Source: a virus (taxonomy: Duplodnaviria > Caudoviricetes). From it: a stretch of DNA of 24,934 nt. Both the position numbers and the translations under genes were made by a program. Location of the stretch: the IMG/VR virus record IMGVR_UViG_3300032279_000064, positions 1 to 24,934 of that record, one strand, 5' to 3'. The notes beneath the pieces were generated by a model. It did no database searches and had not been told where the DNA came from. It worked only from the letters and a program-made list of their open reading frames with translations. How positions within the stretch are numbered: position 1 is the stretch's first letter; every line of letters begins with the position of its first letter. This document shows positions 1 to 8,338 of the stretch, one piece after another.

Positions 1-126
1 CTCAGCGGCACTAGTGGACTCAGCGGCACTAGTGGACTCAGCGGCACTAGTGGACTCAGCGGCACTAGTGGACTCAGCGGCACAAGTGGACTCAGCGGCA
101 CTAGTGGACTCAGCGGCACTAGTGGA
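1..126 (+). repeat. 18-bp coding tandem repeat (CTCAGCGGCACTAGTGGA), 7 copies visible, encoding LSGTSG
   Basis: Seven consecutive units; only unit 5 differs (ACA for ACT). Degenerate Gly-X-Ser triplets continue to about 165. The repeat runs off the left edge. Confidence 0.97.
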
Positions 127-669
127 CTAAGTGGCAGAAGCGGTACCAGCGGTACTAGTGGTGTAAGTGCTTTTCCTTCAGGCACTGCCATGCTGTTTGT
201 TCAAACTACTGCTCCCACAGGGTGGACCAAAGTGACCACACATAACGATAAAGCATTGCGTGTGGTTAATAGCACTGCTGGCAGCGGCGGTAGTGTGTCC
301 TTTACCACAGCCTTTGCTTCAAAGAGTGTGAGCGGAAGCATAGAGAATCAAACTGCTGGTGGTAATGTGTCAGTTAGCGGCACAGTGGGTAACACTACCC
401 TGAGTGCCAGCCAAATACCTGCTCACGTTCACACAGAAAATTCTTTTCAAGGTTACTCAGTTGCATCAGGTGCGGATTTTAGTGTTTTTGGCGCTATAGG
501 AACCCCACAAAATACCGGCCAGAATCCCGCGCCGAATGGCGAGTCACACACTCACTCATGGTCTGGATCAAGCAGCTTTACAGGCATAGCACACAATCAC
601 ACATTCACAGGTACACCTATAAACCTGGCTGTTTCATATGTGGATGTAATCATAGCAACAAAGGATTAA
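1..669 (+). CDS. Tail fibre protein, C-terminal part (5'-truncated): collagen-like Gly-X-Ser repeats followed by a collar/needle-type tip domain
   Basis: Frame 1 is open from base 1 into the listed 190..669 ORF. It reads (LSGTSG)n then FPSGTAMLFVQTTAPTGW...TLSASQIPAHVH...HTH...HNH...VDVIIATKD. The collar-like start and HxH motifs are typical of phage fibre tips. Confidence 0.8.
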   Translation, partial: LSGTSGLSGTSGLSGTSGLSGTSGLSGTSGLSGTSGLSGTSGLSGRSGTSGTSGVSAFPSGTAMLFVQTTAPTGWTKVTTHNDKALRVVNSTAGSGGSVSFTTAFASKSVSGSIENQTAGGNVSVSGTVGNTTLSASQIPAHVHTENSFQGYSVASGADFSVFGAIGTPQNTGQNPAPNGESHTHSWSGSSSFTGIAHNHTFTGTPINLAVSYVDVIIATKD

Positions 670-673
670 TATT

Positions 674-979
674 ATGAGATATGAAGTAAAATCCAACTGT
701 CCTCTTCACAACTTTGAACCATGCAAACAAATGGAGTGTGCTTGGTTCACTCATTTGAGAGGAACAGATCCCAATCAGGGCAAGGAAGTGGATGAATGGG
801 CATGTGCAATTGCTTGGCTACCCATGTTGCTTGTGGAAAACAGTCAGCAACAGCGTCAGACAGGTGCAGCAGTAGAATCATTCAGGAATGAAATGGTTAG
901 AACTAATGAAACCAATCAACAAGTGTTGTTGGCTACAACCATGAATGCTATTCCAAAATTCATAGAAGGCAATCAATGA
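674..979 (+). CDS. Cys-containing phage protein, fibre-associated, function unknown
   Basis: CPL..C...CAWF..LRG.DPN.G..VDEW.CAI.WLPMLL..N...AAVESFRNEMV pattern, which I recall from genes next to phage fibres. Starts 4 nt after the fibre stop. Confidence 0.7.
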   Translation: MRYEVKSNCPLHNFEPCKQMECAWFTHLRGTDPNQGKEVDEWACAIAWLPMLLVENSQQQRQTGAAVESFRNEMVRTNETNQQVLLATTMNAIPKFIEGNQ

Positions 980-1251
980 GACTAACAGTTATCACACAGG
1001 ATTCTTATGTCAATATTAACAGTGTGGGGTATAAAGTGGACCTAAGTTCATTACCCCCAGGCATACATGCCATTCAGTGGTATGAAACTTGGGGTGAAAT
1101 AGAATGGGAAGATGAAACTGGTAGAATGGTAAGAAATGAAGTAATCGGTTCCATAACTGACTACCAATGGATTATAGATGCTTGGAATGTCAAGAATGAA
1201 CAAGAAATCCAAAACCCTTCTCCAATGTGGTCGTGGCCGTTACGAGGCTGA
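976..1251 (+). CDS. Small tail-fibre-associated protein (assembly-chaperone-like)
   Basis: ATGA overlap with the upstream gene; DLS..P..IHAIQW....GEIE motif; position in the fibre operon. Confidence 0.6.
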   Translation: MRLTVITQDSYVNINSVGYKVDLSSLPPGIHAIQWYETWGEIEWEDETGRMVRNEVIGSITDYQWIIDAWNVKNEQEIQNPSPMWSWPLRG

Positions 1252-1336
1252 TGTGGCTGTAAAACACTATGAATAACTGTATAGCATAGCCCAGCTAGAT
1301 ATCATATATGTTTGTATGTTATTTGAGTCTGGTCTA

Positions 1337-1365
1337 TTGAAAGGTTTAGTTTTAGATCCTATAAT
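1337..1365 (+). promoter_or_regulatory. Sigma70-like promoter for the glycosyltransferase cluster
   Basis: TTGAAA(1337-1342)-17 nt-TATAAT(1360-1365). ATG at 1372 lies 6 nt downstream, with no Shine-Dalgarno. Confidence 0.65.
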
Positions 1366-1371
1366 GTGATC

Positions 1372-2829
1372 ATGATCCACACCTTCAAATATTCCATCAT
1401 CATACCCACCTACAATCATTGTGATGATTTGCTCAAACCTTGCATAGACAGTGTGATAGCATATAGCCGTATGACTGATGTGGAACTGGTTATTAGCGCC
1501 AATGGCTGCACAGACAATACCAGAGCATATCTGGATCAGTTAAAAACGCAATTTGAACACATGGGTTTTGGTGATCATTTGACAGTGGTGTGGCATAATG
1601 AACCACTAGGTTTTAGTCGTGCTGTGAATGCAGGCATAAAAGCAAGCTCTGGTGCTCGTGTGCTATTGTTGAACAACGATGTCATACTACTACATCAACC
1701 ACGCAACACATGGTTAAACAGACTGAATGCACCTTTTGAATCAGACCCCACTGTGGGAATCACTAGCACACTCATGTTGTACTCTCCACAAACTGGCAGA
1801 GATTTTGCAGTGTTTTTCTGCACCATGATTGATCACAGACTGATTGAGCAGATTGGCATGTTGAACGAAGCATATGGTGTGGGTGCAGGAGAAGACACAG
1901 AATACTGTTTCATGGCAGAAGAAGCTGGTTGGCGAGTAGTGAGTGTGGCCAAAACCAGATATGAACCCAGCATTGGCACCAACGCCAGTGACTTCCCCAT
2001 CTGGCACAAAGCAGAAGGCACCATGCATGATCCCATATTGGTGCCCAACTGGACAGAGCTGTTCAACAACAACACCATCATGCTGCAAGAAAAGTTTACT
2101 CCTGATTATTTGGCACAAACTCCCCAGGAAATTGCACAAATGTTTCCTCAGCTGTTAATTCCAGATGCAGCAACTCCCTCATTGTTTGCAGAAGTGTTCA
2201 CAAACAACTCATATCATTTGAGCCTGGATAATGTGCGCAACAAAGAAGTGATTGATATAGGTGCTAATGTGGGATTTTTTAGTGTCGCGGCAGCGGCACT
2301 AGGAGCAAGCAGAGTTTGGGCTTATGAACCTGTGAGTGTGACCCACGACAAATTGTTGAACAATTTGAATTTGACAGGTCTTTCACACAAAATTAAGTGT
2401 CACAAGCAAGCAGTCATGGGCGTGCCCTCACCACCATTGATAATGGGGTTGTATGAGCTTCATGGTAGCAACAGTGTGTACAAACACAGTGATCAATCTG
2501 AACTGGTTCCAGTGACCACATTGGCTGACATCATGAAACAAACATTCAGTCACAATGTGATATTAAAAATGGATTGTGAAGGTGCAGAATTTGACATCAT
2601 ACTGGACACTGCGCCTGAAGTGTTTGATCGCATCAAATGCATACATTTGGAAATTCACACCAACCTGCATCCTGACCATAAAACCAGAGAAGTAATCACA
2701 GACAGACTGTCACAGTTGGGATTCAAACGTATACACAGCTACAACATTGGCATCTACTGGTACAATGCCCAAGGAGAAGTGGTCAGTTGGACACCTGGTC
2801 ATTATTTTGCGGAAATGTGGCAGAAGTGA
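1372..2829 (+). CDS. GT2-family glycosyltransferase fused to a C-terminal FkbM-family SAM-dependent methyltransferase
   Basis: N-terminal KYSIIIPTYN, NGCTD, LGFSRAVNAG, LLNND, GEDTE (GT-A). C-terminal VIDIGANVGFFS, AYEP, LKMDCEGAE (FkbM). Start placed at ATG 1372. Confidence 0.9.
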   Translation: MIHTFKYSIIIPTYNHCDDLLKPCIDSVIAYSRMTDVELVISANGCTDNTRAYLDQLKTQFEHMGFGDHLTVVWHNEPLGFSRAVNAGIKASSGARVLLLNNDVILLHQPRNTWLNRLNAPFESDPTVGITSTLMLYSPQTGRDFAVFFCTMIDHRLIEQIGMLNEAYGVGAGEDTEYCFMAEEAGWRVVSVAKTRYEPSIGTNASDFPIWHKAEGTMHDPILVPNWTELFNNNTIMLQEKFTPDYLAQTPQEIAQMFPQLLIPDAATPSLFAEVFTNNSYHLSLDNVRNKEVIDIGANVGFFSVAAAALGASRVWAYEPVSVTHDKLLNNLNLTGLSHKIKCHKQAVMGVPSPPLIMGLYELHGSNSVYKHSDQSELVPVTTLADIMKQTFSHNVILKMDCEGAEFDIILDTAPEVFDRIKCIHLEIHTNLHPDHKTREVITDRLSQLGFKRIHSYNIGIYWYNAQGEVVSWTPGHYFAEMWQK

Positions 2830-3575
2830 AATATAGCATAGTCATACCCACCTATAATCATTGTGATGACCTGCTCAGGCCCTGTCTGGACAGCTTGTTT
2901 ACTCACAGTAACATGACTGATGTGGAACTTATCATCAGTGCAAATGGATGTGTGGATAACACCTGGGACTATCTGCAAGACATGACCAGACGCTTCACAC
3001 AAATTGGCATGGCAGATCATTTCAAATATGTGTGGTCAGATTTACCCTTGGGTTACTCAGGAGCTAATAATGCAGCTATTCCACTGGCCACAACTGACAA
3101 GATTGTGTTGTTGAACAATGATGTGATTCTGCTTCCACAACACAAATCAGACTGGCTGGAAGCTTTAAACACACCATTTGATTCTGATGATCAGACAGGC
3201 ATCACATGTGTGGTAAAGTCATGGAGTGACCCTGCTGCGCATGACTTTGCAATCTTTTTCTGTGTGATGATCCACCGCAAGGTGTTTGACAGAATTGGCT
3301 TACTCAATTTGGAATATGGTAAGGGCGGCGGAGAAGACACAGAGTTTTCCATTGAATGTGAAAGAGCTGGCTTTAAAGTCACACAATGTTTACCCAAGAC
3401 CTGGAGTGACACGGCCCACACATTCACAGGCTCATTCCCCATCTATCACAAAGGGGAAGGCACTGTGCATGATGTAAATCTGGTGCCTGATTGGGATCAT
3501 GTGTTCTGGACCAACTCCAAACTGTTGGCCACCAAATACAACCCTGCATGGTTGCAGACCCAAGGGGTCAAATGA
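2826..3575 (+). CDS. GT2-family glycosyltransferase (paralog 2)
   Basis: GTG at 2826 overlaps the upstream TGA (GTGA). KYSIVIPTYN, LLNND, GGGEDTE; clearly paralogous to the preceding GT2 domain. Confidence 0.9.
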   Translation: MKYSIVIPTYNHCDDLLRPCLDSLFTHSNMTDVELIISANGCVDNTWDYLQDMTRRFTQIGMADHFKYVWSDLPLGYSGANNAAIPLATTDKIVLLNNDVILLPQHKSDWLEALNTPFDSDDQTGITCVVKSWSDPAAHDFAIFFCVMIHRKVFDRIGLLNLEYGKGGGEDTEFSIECERAGFKVTQCLPKTWSDTAHTFTGSFPIYHKGEGTVHDVNLVPDWDHVFWTNSKLLATKYNPAWLQTQGVK

Positions 3576-4290
3576 AATACTCCATAATCATACCCACTTA
3601 TAACCATTGTGAAGATTTACTCATGCCATGTGTACATAGTGTGTTGCAATACACCTCCATGACTGATGTGGAATTGATCATCAGTGCAAATGGATGTGTG
3701 GATCATACTCATGTGTACACACAATCACTTAAACAACAGTTTGCACAACTGGGCATGCAGAATCATTTGAAAGTGATCTGGTCAGACATACCTTTGGGCT
3801 ACAGCAAGGCCAACAATGTGGCCATATCACAAGCCACAGGTGACCATGTTGTGCTGCTCAATAACGATTGCGTGCTGCTGCCTCAAGCACGTGACCACTG
3901 GCTCAATTTACTACACACCCATTTCACACACATGAGAACACAGGCATATCAGGTGTGGTAAAAAGCCATGACCAAACAGTGGACAGAGATTTTGTGATAT
4001 TCTTTTGTGTAATGATTGATCGCTTAGTGTTTGATCGTATAGGATTGCTCAGTGAAACATATCATGTGGGCGGATGTGAAGATGTGGAATTCTGCATGGA
4101 AGCTGAAAAAGCAGGGTTTAGGGTCACCACATGTGATCATGATCAACACACTGCTCAAGCAGGTGTGTGGTCAGGTGTATTCCCCATCTATCATAAAGGT
4201 CAAGGCACACTGCATGATACACACCTGGTGCCTGATTATTCACAAGCACAGTCATACAATAATCACCAACTAAAACACAAATACAACTGA
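3572..4290 (+). pseudogene. GT2-family glycosyltransferase (paralog 3), interrupted by a single -1 frameshift at about 3918-3920
   Basis: ORFs 3572..3961 and 3955..4290 are the two halves of one GT2. Adding one C to CCC at 3918-3920 gives HTPFHTHENTGISGVVKS, matching NTPFDSDDQTGITCVVKS of paralog 2. Could be a sequencing error. Confidence 0.8.
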
Positions 4291-4305
4291 CCCCAAGGAT
4301 TCATA

Positions 4306-5769
4306 GTGAAATATTCCATCATTATCCCCACCCTCAATCATTGTGATGATTTGTTAAAGCCATGTATAGATAGTATTCTTGCACACACTCTCATGGATCA
4401 AGTGGAGCTCATCATATGTGAGAATGGTTGCACAGACAACACCTCCTATTATCTGAAACGACTCACACACCAGTTTGAGAGTTTGGGATTTCATGATCAC
4501 TTCAAGGTGGTCACACATGATGAACCCTTGGGCTTTGCAAAGGCGTGCAACATGGGTATCAGAGCATCTCAGGGTGATCGAGTAGTGCTCCTCAACAACG
4601 ACTGTGTGCTACTGCCTCAGCACACACACGAGTGGTTGACCCTGTTGAATGCACCCTTTGAGTCTGATCCACACACAGGCATCACATGCACACTCAAACT
4701 GTTTAGTGAACAAACTCAGCGTGACTTTGCAGTGTTCTTTTGTGTGATGATTGACCGCAAGGTGATTGATAAAGTGGGCATGTTGAATGAGGACTATGCA
4801 GTGGGGGGTGCAGAGGACATGGAATACTGTTGGCTCACAGAGCTAGCAGGATTTAAAGTTGTTAATGTGGATCAAACACATTGTACAGGCAATACCAATC
4901 TGGGTTCATTCCCTTTGTATCATAAAGCAGAAGGCACCATGCATGATGCAAGTTTGGTTCCTGAATGGACCTCCATCTTTGAGCACAATCTGAACAAACT
5001 GGCAGTCAAAGTGTCACAACAAGTTAGCCCCTATGTGGTGCCTGTAACAAAGGCTGTTTATCACACACATGTGGCCACACAATATGATTGGCTGCAACAT
5101 GTGAGCAAGGAAAGTGCTGCATTGTACAAAGAAGTAATTCAAGAAAACACTTATCAGGTCACACCGGATCATTTTCTTGATACAAGTGTGATTGATGTGG
5201 GTGCCAATTTGGGTATGTTTAGTATATTGGCAGCAGGGTTGGGTGCCCCGCAAGTGATCAGTTGTGAGCCTGTGGGTAGCACATATGACATACTTTGTAA
5301 TAATTTACAGAGAGCACACATGAACTCAGTTGTGCAACCCATAAAAGCTGCAATTATGGGTGTCACACAAGGACCAGTCACAATGGGCATTAACACAGAC
5401 AGCAACATGAACAGTTTGTATAAACCAGGTGAATATTCAGAGTTAGTACCCACAGTGAGCTTGAAACAATTGATACAAATGACCACACATCCACATGTGT
5501 TTTTGAAAATGGACTGTGAAGGTGCAGAGTACGACATACTCATGGACAGTGAAGATCATGTGTTTGAAAAAATAACACATGTGGCAGTGGAGATTCATGG
5601 AGACATGCATCCCACACACAAGGGCCTTGAGATTGCACAACACAGGCTGCGCACACTGGGTTTCACATGCACCAGCACACTGCCGTTTGGGATGTGGTGG
5701 TGTGATCACACAGGCACACCTGTCAAGTTTGAACCCATGAACATCACCATTGAGACTTGGAAAAAATAA
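4306..5769 (+). CDS. GT2-family glycosyltransferase fused to an FkbM-family methyltransferase (paralog 4)
   Basis: KYSIIIPTLN, LLNND, GGAEDME; VIDVGANLGMFS, SCEP, LKMDCEGAEY. AAGGA upstream of the GTG start. Confidence 0.9.
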   Translation: MKYSIIIPTLNHCDDLLKPCIDSILAHTLMDQVELIICENGCTDNTSYYLKRLTHQFESLGFHDHFKVVTHDEPLGFAKACNMGIRASQGDRVVLLNNDCVLLPQHTHEWLTLLNAPFESDPHTGITCTLKLFSEQTQRDFAVFFCVMIDRKVIDKVGMLNEDYAVGGAEDMEYCWLTELAGFKVVNVDQTHCTGNTNLGSFPLYHKAEGTMHDASLVPEWTSIFEHNLNKLAVKVSQQVSPYVVPVTKAVYHTHVATQYDWLQHVSKESAALYKEVIQENTYQVTPDHFLDTSVIDVGANLGMFSILAAGLGAPQVISCEPVGSTYDILCNNLQRAHMNSVVQPIKAAIMGVTQGPVTMGINTDSNMNSLYKPGEYSELVPTVSLKQLIQMTTHPHVFLKMDCEGAEYDILMDSEDHVFEKITHVAVEIHGDMHPTHKGLEIAQHRLRTLGFTCTSTLPFGMWWCDHTGTPVKFEPMNITIETWKK

Positions 5770-6749
5770 TGACACCACATGTGTTATGCTCCATAAGCAC
5801 CAAAGGCAGATACAACACCACACTACCCTTGGCCATACAAAGTGTGGCCATGCAGACCAGAGTACCTGATCATTTGATTGTGTATGATGACAATGAGGAT
5901 GCAATAGATCCTAGGTGTGTGCCTGTTTATGATAATCTGTTCAAAATCATAAGTGCTAGAGGCATCAGTTGGGAATGGATATGGGCAGGTAAAAAAGGTC
6001 AACATCACAATCATCAAATGGCCAACCAAACAGCGTCGGAATGGGTGTGGAGGGTGGATGATGACAACCAAGCTGAACCACAAGTGTTGGAAACCTTATT
6101 GCAACATGTGAATGATAAAGTGGGTGGTGTGGCAGTTGCATGCTTAACACCCAGCTGGGATCAATCACCACGTGTGGCCACAGGCTTGATAGATCGTATA
6201 GATGCTGAACCCAACATACAGTGGGGCAGAATTTTAAACAAACAACAAGTGGAACACTTGCATTGCTCTTTCTTGTACAGAGCTGGCGTGTGTGACTACA
6301 ATTTGTCATTGAGTAGAGTGGCCCACAGAGAGGAAACATTGTTCAGCTGGCAATTGCATCAAAAAGGTTACCAGTTATGGGTGGTGCCTGGACCAGTCAC
6401 CTGGCACATGAAACTGGATGAAGGTGGTATACGCTCACAAGATCAAGCAGCTCTTTATGAAGCAGACAATCACATATTTCACAGCTATACCCAAAACAAA
6501 AATCGTACTGTGGTGGTACTGGATAATGGCATGGGTGATCATATTGTGTTTAAGAGACTGTTACCCATGATCAAAGACCCTGTGGTGTATTCATGTTATC
6601 CAGACATCATACCAGGTGCCAGCATACAAGAAGCCAAGGACCGGTTTGGCAGTCTGGATGAATGGAACATTTATAAAAAGATGCATGAATGGGGCTGGGA
6701 CAAAAGCCTGGAATCTGCTTACAAAAAAATGTATGGAATCAAATCATGA
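5769..6749 (+). CDS. GT2-like (GT-A) glycosyltransferase with a C-terminal segment resembling the N-terminal lobe of GT9
   Basis: TAATG overlap. ISTKGRY, LIVYDD, WRVDDD (DXD), HREET. The C-terminal VVVLDNGMGDHIVFKRLLP resembles the GT9 xxLGD start. Confidence 0.8.
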   Translation: MTPHVLCSISTKGRYNTTLPLAIQSVAMQTRVPDHLIVYDDNEDAIDPRCVPVYDNLFKIISARGISWEWIWAGKKGQHHNHQMANQTASEWVWRVDDDNQAEPQVLETLLQHVNDKVGGVAVACLTPSWDQSPRVATGLIDRIDAEPNIQWGRILNKQQVEHLHCSFLYRAGVCDYNLSLSRVAHREETLFSWQLHQKGYQLWVVPGPVTWHMKLDEGGIRSQDQAALYEADNHIFHSYTQNKNRTVVVLDNGMGDHIVFKRLLPMIKDPVVYSCYPDIIPGASIQEAKDRFGSLDEWNIYKKMHEWGWDKSLESAYKKMYGIKS

Positions 6750-7192
6750 TTGTGATAAGTGCCTGGGCCAAACAATTACCTGATAACCATGTTAACCCAA
6801 AAAACTACCCTTGGTGGCCAGAGCTCATAAGCAAGTTACCACAGCCTATTGTGCAAGTGGGTCTGCCAGGTGAAACACAACTGGTGCCAGATTTCCAATG
6901 TGGCCTCAGTTTGGAAGATCTGGCATCACTAATTCATGAATGTGACTTTTGGATCAGCTGTGACTCCTTTGTGCAGCATTATGCATGGGACTTGGGCAAG
7001 CCTGGTGTGGTGCTGTGGGGACCCAGTGATCCCATAATTTATGGGCATCCAGAAAACATGAACATCACAAAAGGTAGGGAATTTCAATCAAAAGAGCAAT
7101 TTCTCATGTGGCATTTGATTGAAAACAGAACAGACTGGTGGCAAACACCTGATCATATCATACACATGATCAAACAGAAATACAATTGGTGA
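6746..7192 (+). CDS. GT9 (heptosyltransferase-like) C-terminal-lobe protein
   Basis: ATGA overlap. KNYPWW, IVQVG and LEDLASLIHECDFWISCDSFVQHYAWDLGKPGVVLWGPSDP match the GT9 DS..H.A....P.V.L.GP motif. Confidence 0.8.
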   Translation: MIVISAWAKQLPDNHVNPKNYPWWPELISKLPQPIVQVGLPGETQLVPDFQCGLSLEDLASLIHECDFWISCDSFVQHYAWDLGKPGVVLWGPSDPIIYGHPENMNITKGREFQSKEQFLMWHLIENRTDWWQTPDHIIHMIKQKYNW

Positions 7193-7203
7193 CCATGACC
7201 ACC

Positions 7204-7209
7204 TAAATA
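7204..7209 (+). promoter_or_regulatory. Putative late promoter (TAAATA)
   Basis: TAAATA ends 6 nt before ATG 7216. The motif recurs before several other genes and resembles the T4 late promoter TATAAATA. Confidence 0.55.
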
Positions 7210-7215
7210 TTCATT

Positions 7216-7797
7216 ATGAATAGTTGGATCAAACTCACAGTTGCAAAAAAACTGGATGCACAGAATAGAAAACTTTGGTACAAGTGTGTGCAACAAAATA
7301 CCCCTTCAGGATTGTTGCATCATACTCAACTGCCTGATCAACATGATGTGAAATCCACCAGTTACTATCACAAAAGTCTACCCTCTGGTGCTCAAACTTA
7401 TGTGATACCATTAGTGAGAGATCTGGTACATCATGAAGTTTACAAGATCTCCCATGCTTGGGACGCATGTTTTCCTCACACAGACTTTGTGATAGACTAC
7501 AGTCAGCCAGCTGATCATACTGTGCCCATCACACATGCAGACATACCTGAGCATAAAATTGCACAAGTCATGGATGCATGGTGTAAAGCGCAACATAACA
7601 CATGGATGCAGGACAAGCTGGACAAAGGATGGTCATATGGCACACATTTGAGTGTCAAAAACAAGACACATCCCTGGTTACAGCCTTGGGAAAGTTTGCC
7701 ACCACAAGCTCAATCTCCCCACATGCAAGCTGTCAAAGATTTACTCAAAATTCTGACGGAATTTGGATACAGTATCAAACAGAAACTTGACGCATAA
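7216..7797 (+). CDS. RyR (ryanodine-receptor repeat) domain protein
   Basis: C-terminal AQHNTWMQDKLDKGWSYG...KNKTHPWLQPWESLP...VKDLLK.L...GYSI matches the RyR repeat signature H..W...K...GW.YG...K.HP.L.P...L. Confidence 0.85.
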   Translation: MNSWIKLTVAKKLDAQNRKLWYKCVQQNTPSGLLHHTQLPDQHDVKSTSYYHKSLPSGAQTYVIPLVRDLVHHEVYKISHAWDACFPHTDFVIDYSQPADHTVPITHADIPEHKIAQVMDAWCKAQHNTWMQDKLDKGWSYGTHLSVKNKTHPWLQPWESLPPQAQSPHMQAVKDLLKILTEFGYSIKQKLDA

Positions 7798-7846
7798 TGA
7801 TCCTTTTCCCATTAAGCTAACCTTAATATAGCATATAAAAAAGTAC

Positions 7847-7874
7847 TTGACGTGTGTTCCATATGTGTTATCAT
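7847..7874 (+). promoter_or_regulatory. Sigma70-like early promoter, extended -10
   Basis: TTGACG-16 nt-TATCAT with a TG extension and an A/T-rich tract upstream. Confidence 0.7.
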
Positions 7875-7880
7875 GCACAA

Positions 7881-8300
7881 ATGATGAAGGAACACAGTAT
7901 GCAGTTTCCAGAAGTGGGCACCCAAGTTGAGGTGGAAATTGACACTCAGCAGGCACATGATGCCATGGCCCCAGATTCCAAACATCGTTGCGGCCCCACA
8001 ACTGTGCTGAAGGGCACAGTTGTAACGCAACTGCCTTGGATGAAAGAATATTTCACTATTGTGAACAGCCAAACCAAGGCCCATAATTTTATCGCTCACC
8101 ACTTGATCATGAGCATCAACAAGCAGAAATTTGATAAACCCCTGCCCACGCAGGATAAGGTCATGCTGATCAAAAGCAGCAATGGCAAGGACACATACAC
8201 TGTGATCCAGAATGGAATCACAAAGAAGTGGTCGTGCCCATGTGCAGGGTTCGGTTTCAAAAAGAAGTGTAAACATACTTTGGAAGCGCAAGCTGCTTAA
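7881..8300 (+). CDS. SWIM-type zinc-finger protein
   Basis: C-terminal SSNGKDTYTV...WSCPCAGFGFKKKCKH (CxC-x8-CxH). Start is 7881 (leaderless) or 7899 (after AAGGA). Confidence 0.8.
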   Translation: MMKEHSMQFPEVGTQVEVEIDTQQAHDAMAPDSKHRCGPTTVLKGTVVTQLPWMKEYFTIVNSQTKAHNFIAHHLIMSINKQKFDKPLPTQDKVMLIKSSNGKDTYTVIQNGITKKWSCPCAGFGFKKKCKHTLEAQAA

Positions 8301-8304
8301 TGTG

Positions 8305-8332
8305 TTGACAATTGATGCACCTGTGCTATTAT
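8305..8332 (+). promoter_or_regulatory. Sigma70-like early promoter, extended -10
   Basis: TTGACA-16 nt-TATTAT with a TG extension; ATG 8339 is 6 nt downstream. Confidence 0.75.
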
Positions 8333-8338
8333 GTGTGT

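Noticed and set aside
1-126. 18-bp repeat as a CRISPR array or iterons
   Set aside because: No spacers; the unit is a multiple of 3 and lies in frame within the fibre ORF.
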